NCBI GenBank assembly: GCA_045863295.1 | Contig: BTWA01000064.1 | Coordinates: 1 to 18,307 of the forward strand | From: Candidatus Hydrogenedentota bacterium | GTDB taxonomy: Bacteria; Hydrogenedentota; Hydrogenedentia; Hydrogenedentales; SLHB01 | DNA: 18,307 bases | Reading direction: 5' to 3' | Shown here: piece by piece, positions 8,901 through 15,918 of the stretch | Layout of the letters: each line of letters starts with the position of its first letter | Numbering within the stretch: the first letter of the stretch is position 1 | Notes under the pieces: model-generated | What the model saw: the letters and a program-made list of their open reading frames with translations, nothing else | Told to the model about the DNA's origin: nothing | The model's database searches: none | Program-made: the position numbers and the translations under genes

Positions 8901-11900
8901 AAGAGCCTTAACGTTGTTCCATCAGGCGAGATTATGTCGATAACAAGATTGGTAGGATAGTCAGTGGTGACTTCAACAGTCACGTTGACATCGGCGATGG
9001 AAAAGCTGGCAGGCACCTCAATTGTACTGAGAATTACCTGATCAGCGAAAACAATGTATTGCGGAGTATCCTGTGAATGCCACGTTCCAACTCCATCGAA
9101 AGTCAGCGACCAGGAGTCCAGCGAATGCAGTCCATATCGCCAAACATCCTCTATCCTTAGTGTCCAATCACCTTGCGCGTCTTTTCCATCGAACACGGCG
9201 AGTGTCTGTTCCGCAGGATCTCCCTCAATTCCATACTCCTCTGATGCTACAAGCACATCGGAATAGCCATCGCCATTGACGTCACCGGCAGCGGCTACAT
9301 TCGTACCCAAATAGTCAAAAACATTGCTCCCATAAACCACGCCCAGCATTCCTGCTTCGTTCCAGTACCCGGTCTCATCCGTGACATCAAGTCCTGTCGC
9401 AGAGCCCTTGAAGATCGCCGCAGCACCATCACCTACGTGAAGATTGTTAATTTCCGCTGCACCAATAATAATGTCGTCAAAGCCGTCTCCATTTACATCG
9501 CCTGCACCCCGGGAAATCACCGGATATCCGGGATAGACGTCCAGGCTTCCTTTGGGTGGATCGGGCGCGCCAAGAAAGACATAAACGGAACCCTCGGCAA
9601 AAAGCCCACGTTCAAATAAGGGTAATCCTGCAAGTATGTCGGCAAAACCATCTCCATTGATGTCTCCACCGCCCGCTGCGCGCATTCCACCCTGCCCAAA
9701 GTAACGTATCGACACAGGTTTGTACGCCTGGGAATCCGTGACATGACCTTCAAATAGTACGATACGAGAATATGCACCCAGCAGAAAATCCGCGTACCCA
9801 TCGCCGTTAACATCTCCTGCGCGGCTGATATTGTCACTGGCCGTGCCAATCACTTCGCTTGGTGATACGTACGCCGGGGGTGCGGTTTGGTGTGCTGTGC
9901 CGAGGTATAGACCGCTTACACGTGTATTCTGACCCTGCGAAGAAAGTAATGTGTCTCCAATGCCGTCACCATTGAAGTCGCCCACACCCGCTACAAAGGA
10001 AAACTCGCAATCGTGGTCTATTGTGAGCAGGCGTTCTGCTTGACTCCATAGTACGGGGTTACTAAACGTCTCTGCGGCCGCGAGTCCATTTTCGGCTCCG
10101 TGATAGATGGAAGCCACTGTTCTTGTGACGGTACCTTGCGGACTCAAGCCATTTTCATCTGAGTAATGTAATTCGTGTTCCTCAATATAGCCGCGAAATA
10201 GTCTGCATCGCGTAGCAGACGGCGACTCCAAATCAATGGTGGCATATCCATAAACGTGACTTGCCAGCAAGATTTGAATATCTAGCGCGGACACTTCCAC
10301 ATCATCCTGAACTTCAATTGTCGACGTTGTCACGTCTATGCCGTTGGATGTAGAGGATTCAGTGAACGTGTTTACAATGGGCGCGAGACTGCTGGAAGCC
10401 AATTGCCACAAGCCCAGACTGTCGCTTGCCGAACCATCCAGAAAGTCGTTGTATACAGACACCGTCAACTTCCATGTGCCTGCCGACATCTCTCCATCGA
10501 ATACGGCCAGCGACTCACCGAATGGGAGTGGGCTGTCGAGACTATGGTGACCAATAGCAATATCTGCGTATCCGTCGCCGTTCTCGTCGCCTATACCACT
10601 TAAGCTGTGTCCGAGAAGAACTTTACCCGGTTCGCCAACGACGACTGATGCCGCATCTGAAACAGTCGTTGCGGAAACTCCCTCGGGTGACCCCAAGAAC
10701 AAGTAGACGGTACCGGCAGGCTCTTCGTTTACCGCGTAGCTTGGATCACTTACAAGAATGTCGCTGTATCCATCGTTGTTAACGTCACCGGCCGAAGCAA
10801 CAGCGGCACCAAAGGCAGAAAAGGCTGATTCGCCAGTAATAATGCTCGCTGTTTGAATTGAGCTATCGATTTGCCAACCCGTTGCTCCTCCATAAACAAG
10901 GAATGCCGCGTTGTTGTAAGAATCTCCAAAGAGTGTATCGGCAAAACCATCTCCATTTACGTCGCCGGCGGGACAAACTGGCCCTATGATCAGAAGTTCC
11001 TCGTCACCCGTCAGCGTCGAGTCGGCTTGGCTCGGCCCCGTTGACCGAATGCCGCCTTCGGATCCGAAAAACAAGTACGCAGCCCCAAATGGCAGTTCTG
11101 CCTGACCCGCATACACAACAACCAAGATGTCGCTATATCCGTCACCGTTGACGTCCTGAGCGTCAAAGAGATTCTGACCGAAAAAACCTTCTCCCGCTTC
11201 ACCGAAAAGTTGACTGCCCAGCCGAAGCACTGGACTATCCGATTCGGGCGGCGGCGGTGAATAGATTGGGTCGATGGTAACGGGATAAACGGCGTTACTA
11301 TCGTTAACAATGATTCGAACCGACTGACCCACCGGTTGCAATCGCGCTGAAAGAATCTTATTGGCGTTGTCAGTCACCACCAGCTTTCCGTATTGCAGTA
11401 CCTGCCTTTGCTCGGCGTCGAATAGTCCGATAGTTTGGGCGTTGGCGCCCGCGCGGGGGGACAGCCCCGACCATTCGCCTTCAACGATTAACGGCCCTTC
11501 TCCCGCGGGCCGCGCGGCAACGGTGAAGCCATGCTCGAGACCGTTACCGTCATTCACATACCATTCTTCTACGCCGCCGGATTTGTAGGCGACCCGTTTG
11601 CCGTTGGTTTGATCGTTCTCAGGCTTTGTGACAGACACACTCCGCATGGCATCTTCTCGTCCCCAACGGGTGAAGCGCCATTTCAGATTCCAATCCGCCT
11701 GATCCAAATCCCGCGGCAAAATCTCGACACCGTCCTCGCGGAAATACGCGCGGAGGTTTGCCGCTCGGTTAGTGGCATGCAAACCACCTGGCTGACCCTC
11801 AATGACGGATTTTTCTTGAGACGTGATATTGTATTCGGCATCGCGGATATTCTCTTGGACTTCGCTCGCAAAGGCAGCATTTCTGTGAATGGCTTCAGGC

Positions 11901-12109
11901 TTTTCAGTGGGCGTTTCAGCCGGGATGGATTTGGGTTCGTTTGGCTCGGGTACGGGAGGCGAGGCATGTTCGGTTGTTGGATCTTCTGGGGCTGTCGAGT
12001 CGTCGTGTGCCACTAATGTCGGGGCATGGCTAAAGCCAGTGAAGCTTACCACCCCCAGAACCAGAATTGCCGAACATAGTATTCCACTAACCCAGAGCCC
12101 AACTCGCAT
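2972..12109 (-). CDS. Giant (3045 aa) secreted/membrane-anchored FG-GAP (integrin-alpha-like) repeat protein with P-domains, Ig/Fn3-like domains and a C13-family (clan CD) peptidase domain
   Basis: N-terminal hydrophobic signal and P/E-rich linker; 14 DxNxDG repeats (~7890-11200); two P-domain-like inserts; two Cys-paired Ig-like repeats (~6830-7410); peptidase motifs SHG and ACHSGSF (~5360-6095); Fn3-like, carboxypeptidase-regulatory-like and two PEGA-like domains; C-terminal TM helix with basic tail. RBS-like GAGGGTG upstream. Confidence 0.92.
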   Translation of the reverse strand: MRVGLWVSGILCSAILVLGVVSFTGFSHAPTLVAHDDSTAPEDPTTEHASPPVPEPNEPKSIPAETPTEKPEAIHRNAAFASEVQENIRDAEYNITSQEKSVIEGQPGGLHATNRAANLRAYFREDGVEILPRDLDQADWNLKWRFTRWGREDAMRSVSVTKPENDQTNGKRVAYKSGGVEEWYVNDGNGLEHGFTVAARPAGEGPLIVEGEWSGLSPRAGANAQTIGLFDAEQRQVLQYGKLVVTDNANKILSARLQPVGQSVRIIVNDSNAVYPVTIDPIYSPPPPESDSPVLRLGSQLFGEAGEGFFGQNLFDAQDVNGDGYSDILVVVYAGQAELPFGAAYLFFGSEGGIRSTGPSQADSTLTGDEELLIIGPVCPAGDVNGDGFADTLFGDSYNNAAFLVYGGATGWQIDSSIQTASIITGESAFSAFGAAVASAGDVNNDGYSDILVSDPSYAVNEEPAGTVYLFLGSPEGVSATTVSDAASVVVGEPGKVLLGHSLSGIGDENGDGYADIAIGHHSLDSPLPFGESLAVFDGEMSAGTWKLTVSVYNDFLDGSASDSLGLWQLASSSLAPIVNTFTESSTSNGIDVTTSTIEVQDDVEVSALDIQILLASHVYGYATIDLESPSATRCRLFRGYIEEHELHYSDENGLSPQGTVTRTVASIYHGAENGLAAAETFSNPVLWSQAERLLTIDHDCEFSFVAGVGDFNGDGIGDTLLSSQGQNTRVSGLYLGTAHQTAPPAYVSPSEVIGTASDNISRAGDVNGDGYADFLLGAYSRIVLFEGHVTDSQAYKPVSIRYFGQGGMRAAGGGDINGDGFADILAGLPLFERGLFAEGSVYVFLGAPDPPKGSLDVYPGYPVISRGAGDVNGDGFDDIIIGAAEINNLHVGDGAAAIFKGSATGLDVTDETGYWNEAGMLGVVYGSNVFDYLGTNVAAAGDVNGDGYSDVLVASEEYGIEGDPAEQTLAVFDGKDAQGDWTLRIEDVWRYGLHSLDSWSLTFDGVGTWHSQDTPQYIVFADQVILSTIEVPASFSIADVNVTVEVTTDYPTNLVIDIISPDGTTLRLFNTALADTDGIHRTYDDEGAFPPDGNPLPNNESFGKVHLFLGSATGLLGGGTIYEPGYPELAQVSLADSNANTKYGQSMSGLGDVNGDGYGDVLIAAPNATASTLGLVDLFLGTSSGLPAVPTIRWEGNSTEPLWYAKVGSAGDVNGDGYADFMIGAPFMSRGHPGEGVVFLFLGSSNAEQFGLLNDAPVILEGNQTAAFFGYSLSGVGDVNGDGFDDVTIGAPYFDNGQIDEGAAFLFLGSTSGIEGSNPYDAAVVLDSNVAGAGFGSDILPAGDLNGDGFADAVLSTSYYNYRLFLGGTSGLLSIDPVGNSLPMDAAGALAGDVNGDGYADLGTVVSFYPNLLLGGPEERVIAAPSLSLSNGQQWGSPGINIGSDPVTLRLTGGSPPLGIPSRIRMEYQIVPYDNKNLEQPILFTDWVNAGDISHTFESALSGLEPNANGYAVRCRIAFLPESYFRPGVTAPMHPPHGRWYTQDWVTPGPSDFRVSDYRSPTNAGGITLTPVAIKTTDPIVCSVNLPSVSPNNPPSAITYEFKWTSNTGRTIVHTSPALSDTLSPLETRRGDIWSCAVRAFDGSTYSHTPAKASASPIHNTSPGVPTSAITSSWSGRQSANDNLVCEITSPAMDPDVDEQVESLVYSFEWYKNGERVIPALGQPQTFNSSTRSVVERTALFPGDVWACVVTAADTVVTGTPFSTDDVEVVSGGVQPSQIINFGALPQPVTLGNEVTLSAQILPAPSNPGGAGLSFAVTSPSGSTQSVPFTTLDGPMYRAQFLPTSATATSGAWTSSASWPGDNVYSAATSLESNFTVQRARPTISVEINRSSALLNLANADDFSVKVALDVPGFPDALSALLANRPIYLAVSLGNEPRGEVPGTTDSEGLAVFAKADLLAANILFDEVGVWKFKAEFRGDDNLFNVVSPDFDRTDATLEIKSGAGYAIIVHGRLNENGEGMPEHALTADGVYRALIDREFVADDIYYLRQPSVAPVPSDISVAKGQNGAPIVPSPQAVLDAIGIWAVNKIQTSRAPLYIIIVSHGSLNTLHLDIGGTGPSESLSAEQLGVALNTSLDARFAAPDTAPTTYIVYGACHSGSFVPALTKSNRVIITSARANEKSYRGVDPTPDDGISLRDGEYFVSELFRNLRAGFNFESAFRRASDRTIEYTSIASNNALGDQNPILDDPAKWSETSVLGLESNSSEGIGWFTARPSFQYSASKADGTFLFAETTALNRAWGLGDAAWIEVKTPLYLPLSADEGEDDFQKQAQLVGPIPPINQMVGDGGKIRFEWTQQSVQSLVNFNTPGTYKVFYFLRDGATGQVSSYLVTNIYVPRLDNQPPNPVKALVSPLNGAVTSSQPVLTWEPADQADPDTGDTVTYRVVISPVGGDPEPVVIENIQRSYVEVSGLQDLTQYDWQVIPVDSYGATPSSGIQTFRLSVNNGNPGIPGTVLGLVLNLENSSGIGGANIVTTGPGAAAPYVTPATGYFAIGNIPSGQTFTLTVSRTGYLPSAPQLFTLSAGQVLQLPAFYLTPDSSLETGTIAIEVTPNEADWILSGPATHFGRGDLSIERTLAGTYTILWKPLPGKLTPLPETKTLAAKGTVTFSAKYETPPANTISVRVFPKSISAPWTLSGTLAGGSVYGPTFFQGDKDISSMAPGVYSLTWGDVNGWELPYNQPSAGTLVVGGSLVFEGVYIPSDLHLPPSTRNSAVEKLSTIHEELIPLDKDGNGHGSISTTQPIAIRIQSEEPLAVSSIECDIKGEDGIAERVQGKWIPIDGIGENDGWFVIRPQLSHQLGKSITVIAHAISENGTEVVHGPFTFHVSEIRAHDSVTPSLLQEQGLPELPESLGGAVGEAYRVTPVGVFDEPVSMQLPVPNGFDPETLSIFYFSESSRHPGWFPVERVNGLLAEPAQRGNGYVTVSVNHSGVLALGQPVGIPVASIGPVDIVANGSALGWAIIITVATSLAILALACARIARSTQW

Positions 12110-12792
12110 GTCGCGTCACCCTCGATGAAAGGAGTGCCACCCCTGTCAAAGTTCCCCACGACGCAACTGTTGAATTGTCAACCGAGGCTTGAAAGAATTT
12201 CCGAAGTAACTGGCTGGGGGCAACGAACGCGCTTGCACACAATCGCAAACAGCCCCTACCCTATTAACCCAATTCATACTCTCACACCTATCGCTGATTT
12301 GGCAACCTTTCTCCTGAAATCCAATAGAACGCCCATTGCAGTGCCTCCTGCAAGCCGCGAACCCGGGTGCGGGCGTGGCCGATGGCAGTTCAAACAATAC
12401 GAGGCGGAGGTGCACGAATTCTGTATGCTGCATTGCGCGTGCAGGATTGTTGTCTGGCCGCAGCAACCGACCCACGAAGGACTCTTCAGGTAGGGTTCTG
12501 GACAGGCGGGCCCCAGACTTGTTCCCAGTCGCCTTTGAGGCAAATGCCAGCATAGAGTCGTCTTGGAGCAACAGTTACCTGATCAAGCTTGGACAGCGTC
12601 TTCAGGTCGGCAGCCCGGCAAGAGCCGCTTGACGAAAGCTCAAGGTCGCCTTCGGGTCGCTATGAGGTCAAGCCTTCAGCGGACCGGGATAGTCCGACGC
12701 GGATAGAACGGCCTATGGGGCAGCAGCCAAATCCACTCCGTGGAAAGAAATGAGGTACCCAAGAGTGGTAAGGCAAAGTTTGGCAAGTCCCA

Positions 12793-12861
12793 TAATTCAT
12801 TACTTTAAAATGACTTAGGTTCGTTCAAGAATCACCGTGGAACCGCCGACCCTCTGTGGTG
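12793..12861. repeat. Composite site copy B: 9-7-9 palindrome plus conserved core
   Basis: TAATTCATT-ACTTTAA-AATGACTTA (12793-12817, one mismatch), then GGAACCGCCGACCCTCTGtGGTG (12839-12861); core 22/23 identical to copy A. Confidence 0.9.
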
Positions 12862-13421
12862 GAAACAAAACGCCCTTCCTTCGCCGCACTGCGCCCCCTG
12901 CGCAGACCTGGAACGGCCTGCACACGGATGTACAGATCAGCGGGGACCATGTCTTTGGCGATGCCCCATTTGAACAGTCGCTTAATCCGGTTCAGTCGAT
13001 GATTCACGCCGGTGCGGGACAAACCCGACTCGATACTCTTGTTCAGGAGTACCTCAACCTTGAGCGGACTGAATTTAACAACGGGTTCGTGTCCATACTG
13101 GTCATCCAACGATTTCAGCGCACCTTGGATCATGAACTTCTCGCCCTCCGAGTTGTAGTACGCTCGAGCGTGAATCCAGTACGCTGCACACAATTCGGCA
13201 ATTGTCACTTCTTCTACGGGCGTGGGGACGCGATAACCGGCCGCAATGTATTCGGCGATAAACGTGTGATAAGCGGCATCAGCCTCTTCCGAACCGTAGC
13301 GACCAAAGTAGTAACTGCGGCCATTGACCACACAAAATGCCCGGCCAGGCAGGCCTTCTGCCTTGTCAGATGCGCTCTGGTTGCGGAGGAGGGAAGGGAC
13401 TTTGTTCTTGTGTCGTGGCAT
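12825..13421 (-). pseudogene. Truncated phage-type tyrosine integrase (N-terminal and core-binding domains only)
   Basis: Integrase-like N-terminus (VVNGRSYYFGRYGSEEADAAY, TIAELCAAYWIHARAYY, LSRTGVNHRLNRIKRLFKWG, VPGLRRGRS). AAAGGA RBS; lies next to the tRNA 3' end. The ORF ends at 198 aa inside repeat B, with none of the R-H-x-x-R-Y catalytic motifs. Confidence 0.82.
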
Positions 13422-13545
13422 GGCGCAAATCCTTTCGTGGTCGTTTTTTCTCAGGTGAGAGAAAACGATTTCCAGTCAGGCTGCGCCGCGACAGGCGGGT
13501 CAGCGCGTAAACCGCGCTTACAACATGAGTTGCAGATTCAAAAAA

Positions 13546-13622
13546 TGGCGGGGACGACCGGACTCGAACCGGCGACCTCCTGCGTGACAGGCAGGCGTTC
13601 TAACCGACTGAACTACGCCCCC
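13546..13622 (-). tRNA. tRNA-Asp: tRNA-Asp (anticodon GTC), 77 nt, encoded CCA
   Basis: GGGGGCGTAGTTCAGTCGGTTAGAACGCCTGCCTGTCACGCAGGAGGTCGCCGGTTCGAGTCCGGTCGTCCCCGCCA. Acceptor GGGGGCG/CGTCCCC, anticodon stem CCTGC/GCAGG with loop CTGTCAC, T-loop TTCGAGT, discriminator G. Confidence 0.98.
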
Positions 13623-13658
13623 GCATTGGGTTCTGCCTTGCGGACAGATGCGGAAGAG

Positions 13659-13688
13659 AGTGTACCCGATGAAGATCGCCGAAGTCAA
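13659..13688 (-). promoter_or_regulatory. Sigma70-type promoter for tRNA-Asp
   Basis: TTGACT (13688-13683), 18-bp spacer, TACACT (13664-13659), ending 36 bp upstream of the tRNA 5' end. Confidence 0.6.
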
Positions 13689-13848
13689 ACGCAGAACCAC
13701 AATTGTTCGGGCAAAGAACGGCTATAGGCTCTGGCGGTCTTTTCGAGAATCTGCGACACCGGTGTTAACTAACTCGTCTACTGTGTGTGACCACAATATG
13801 CACGAGCGCACAAAATCTTTCGTGTGTGCTAGTTACCGTTCTCGGCAG

Positions 13849-14559
13849 TCAGTCCTGGGGAAACGGACTGCGCCAACCATCTGGCCTTCCATACACATGC
13901 ACAATATCCAAAACTGGAGATCGGGATATGCCACCGGGGTTTAGCCCCGGCTCACCTTCGGGAATGGGGACACCCAGATTCTCATAATAGTTTACCCACG
14001 CCGGAAAAGGTTGACCGGTATCGGGGTCGTTGAAAGTCATGGGGAAGAGCAGAAACACCTCGCGTCCTCCGTTGGCCTCACGAAAGCAGGTGTACAAGAG
14101 TTCTGAGCAGTAAAAGGCGTCCTGTTCCATAGTGTATACGCCATCGTAGGGCTTGCCAATGCGGAGAGTAGCCTGTTCAATGGCCAAAGGAATGAGGCTG
14201 TCGAACGGAGACTTCAGTCGTCCAACGACTACCTTGGGCCGGCCTTGCGAGTCCTTGCTCCGCGCAAGAAACGCGTCCAAGGACGTTTCAACGACTCCTG
14301 CTCCCACGGCCTCCACAATCCACACGCCATCTTCGCCGGATCTAGTCACCATACCTGCATGAGAGAAATTACCGCAATTCACGCCTACGGTAACCTTTTC
14401 GATGGCCACACAAAGTGGGCCCGCATCGAGATCCTGAAAAAGCAGATCGCCAGGTTGAAGCATGAACGAATGGATTGTGGAATTGCGCGTGGCACATCCG
14501 GTCGTTATCAACAACACCACGGTACACACACCGTGAACAATCATGCGTCTAGTACTCAT
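13849..14559 (-). CDS. YiiX/YebB-like permuted NlpC/P60 (C92) cysteine hydrolase, probable lipoprotein
   Basis: Lipobox-like LLITTGC; LQPGDLLF, FSHAGMV (His), IGKPYD, FYCSEL (Cys after His, the permuted order). Confidence 0.87.
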   Translation of the reverse strand: MSTRRMIVHGVCTVVLLITTGCATRNSTIHSFMLQPGDLLFQDLDAGPLCVAIEKVTVGVNCGNFSHAGMVTRSGEDGVWIVEAVGAGVVETSLDAFLARSKDSQGRPKVVVGRLKSPFDSLIPLAIEQATLRIGKPYDGVYTMEQDAFYCSELLYTCFREANGGREVFLLFPMTFNDPDTGQPFPAWVNYYENLGVPIPEGEPGLNPGGISRSPVLDIVHVYGRPDGWRSPFPQD

Positions 14560-15718
14560 GAGTGGCTCTCATGTCGATCTCCGGCTGCTGTGCCGTCGAG
14601 GCAATGGTCAGATCAATGATGCCCTTGTCCCACGCGGCAAGAAATAGGCTTGCCCCGCGATTGTAGTCCTGTATACCCGCCCTTACGCCTTGTGCCTTCA
14701 AATACGCATTGTACGCGGGTGCACCAACACGGGCAAGCGGAGCCACGCGATATCGAAGCAAGCGTTCACGGTATAAATCCCATTCCGCGATTGCATCCCC
14801 GGGCAGAGATGCGTAAGCCGCTTCGCGCTCCTCATCCGGCAAATCCTGAATCAGGCTAAGATAAACGTGAATAGCCGTGGCATAGCGCATATAGGCGTCA
14901 TCCGAGTTTAGGCCTGCCATCCAACCCGCGAAGTCGGCTTCTGCCTCTCCGTTGATGCCCGCCACATGCGCCAGCTCGTGCGATGCCACGCGTATAAAAG
15001 GCATTGGAGGCAACATGCCATCGACATGAGGTTCCACAAGAAACGGAGAACAAACCCCCAGCACCATCATGCGCATGAGCAACGCCCCAGGCACGACCTT
15101 CACATGATCAGGCAGGGCGGCGGGTGATCCGTCCCACTTTCGCGTCAGCTCTCTCATGCTGCGTGCAGCCGATTCCACAGCACGGCCAGTGTCACGCTCT
15201 GAATCCGCAGGACGGACCTCCGCGATAAACGTAAGCAGGGTCGCTCGAATACGCGCCACGTCGCTCTCGTTACCTTTCCATTCGGATAGGCCGAGACGTG
15301 CTTCGATGGGTTCGCGATGATAATTGGCGCCCCAAGCAAGCAGGAATCCGCCATACAGAAACGCACACGCCGCGACTGTCCACTTCGTAAGCTCAAGCGC
15401 AATCGCCGTTCGGCGATCACCACGTCCGCGAGAGCATTTCCATCGCCATGCCGCGCATGCGGGTAACAGCAATGCCAAAGCGACGATGACGGTTCCGGTC
15501 AACGAGAATGGCACCAATTCATGAATGGCAACTAAAACAGACGCAATCCACTTGTACAAGCCGCGCGAGTAAAAGTGCTCCACCCAAGGTGTAGGCGGCG
15601 GATACAATGTCAGTAGAACACTGATAACACCGACCCAAAAGCTCGCAATAAACATGGCGCGCCGCACGGCATGTCCGCGGCGGGCGACTTCTTCTGTTTT
15701 TGTAAGCCAGTGCTTCAT
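14549..15718 (-). CDS. DUF3810-like membrane-anchored putative zinc metallopeptidase
   Basis: VEHFYSRGLY, PFSL, WGANYHR, GVCSPF..E, HELAH (HExxH) followed by EAEADF; several N-terminal TM segments. Confidence 0.8.
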   Translation of the reverse strand: MKHWLTKTEEVARRGHAVRRAMFIASFWVGVISVLLTLYPPPTPWVEHFYSRGLYKWIASVLVAIHELVPFSLTGTVIVALALLLPACAAWRWKCSRGRGDRRTAIALELTKWTVAACAFLYGGFLLAWGANYHREPIEARLGLSEWKGNESDVARIRATLLTFIAEVRPADSERDTGRAVESAARSMRELTRKWDGSPAALPDHVKVVPGALLMRMMVLGVCSPFLVEPHVDGMLPPMPFIRVASHELAHVAGINGEAEADFAGWMAGLNSDDAYMRYATAIHVYLSLIQDLPDEEREAAYASLPGDAIAEWDLYRERLLRYRVAPLARVGAPAYNAYLKAQGVRAGIQDYNRGASLFLAAWDKGIIDLTIASTAQQPEIDMRATHEY

Positions 15719-15918
15719 AGATGATATACACGGTGGAAACGGATGTTCACAACACTAGCAGGCCATTCCAAGGGAAGACAAGCGCGAATAGGCAGAGGCA
15801 CCATTGTCAACAAAGCTGGCATTGTATGGATGTGTATCAGAATTGAAAGTCAAATCGTTTCAAGGTGTATTCCGTTTCGCATGTTCAGATCAGTATCCTA
15901 TAAGTCAGCCAGCGCCGA

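Larger units (their letters stand above)
1096..13553. mobile_element. Putative tRNA-Asp-integrated genomic island (~12.5 kb), probably immobilised
   Basis: Integrase gene starts ~125 bp downstream of the tRNA 3' end. Cargo is a giant surface protein and an AbiE TA pair. A tRNA-3'-end-like direct repeat marks the far side, but this boundary is tentative because an IS remnant lies beyond it. Confidence 0.6.

Noticed and set aside
7890..11200. Recurring nucleotide words such as CCATCGCCATT.AC
   Set aside because: They are explained by codons for the GDVNGDG protein repeat.
12605..12611. GGTCGGC as an inverted partner of the repeat-B core (a MITE left end)
   Set aside because: Only 7 bp match, which is expected by chance in GC-rich DNA.
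12125..12632. Several short ORFs in the intergenic region
   Set aside because: They overlap one another, lack motifs and show no transposase or integrase catalytic signature.
12579..12640. Hammerhead-like words CTGATCA...CGAAAG
   Set aside because: The required CUGANGA core is absent and no convincing stem III or cleavage triplet can be formed.
2884..12861. Repeats A/B as a CRISPR array or classical integron attC sites
   Set aside because: There are only two copies 9.9 kb apart, no cas genes, no RYYYAAC...GTTRRRY attC architecture and no IntI-type integrase.
12837..13727. 296-aa + strand ORF
   Set aside because: It is antisense to the integrase and tRNA; GLEPATSCVTGRRSNRLNYAP is the typical translation of a reverse-complemented tRNA.
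15843..15863. TTGAAA-N9-TTTCAA inverted repeat in the divergent intergenic region
   Set aside because: The arms are only 6 bp and match no operator I can name; it is not CIRCE.
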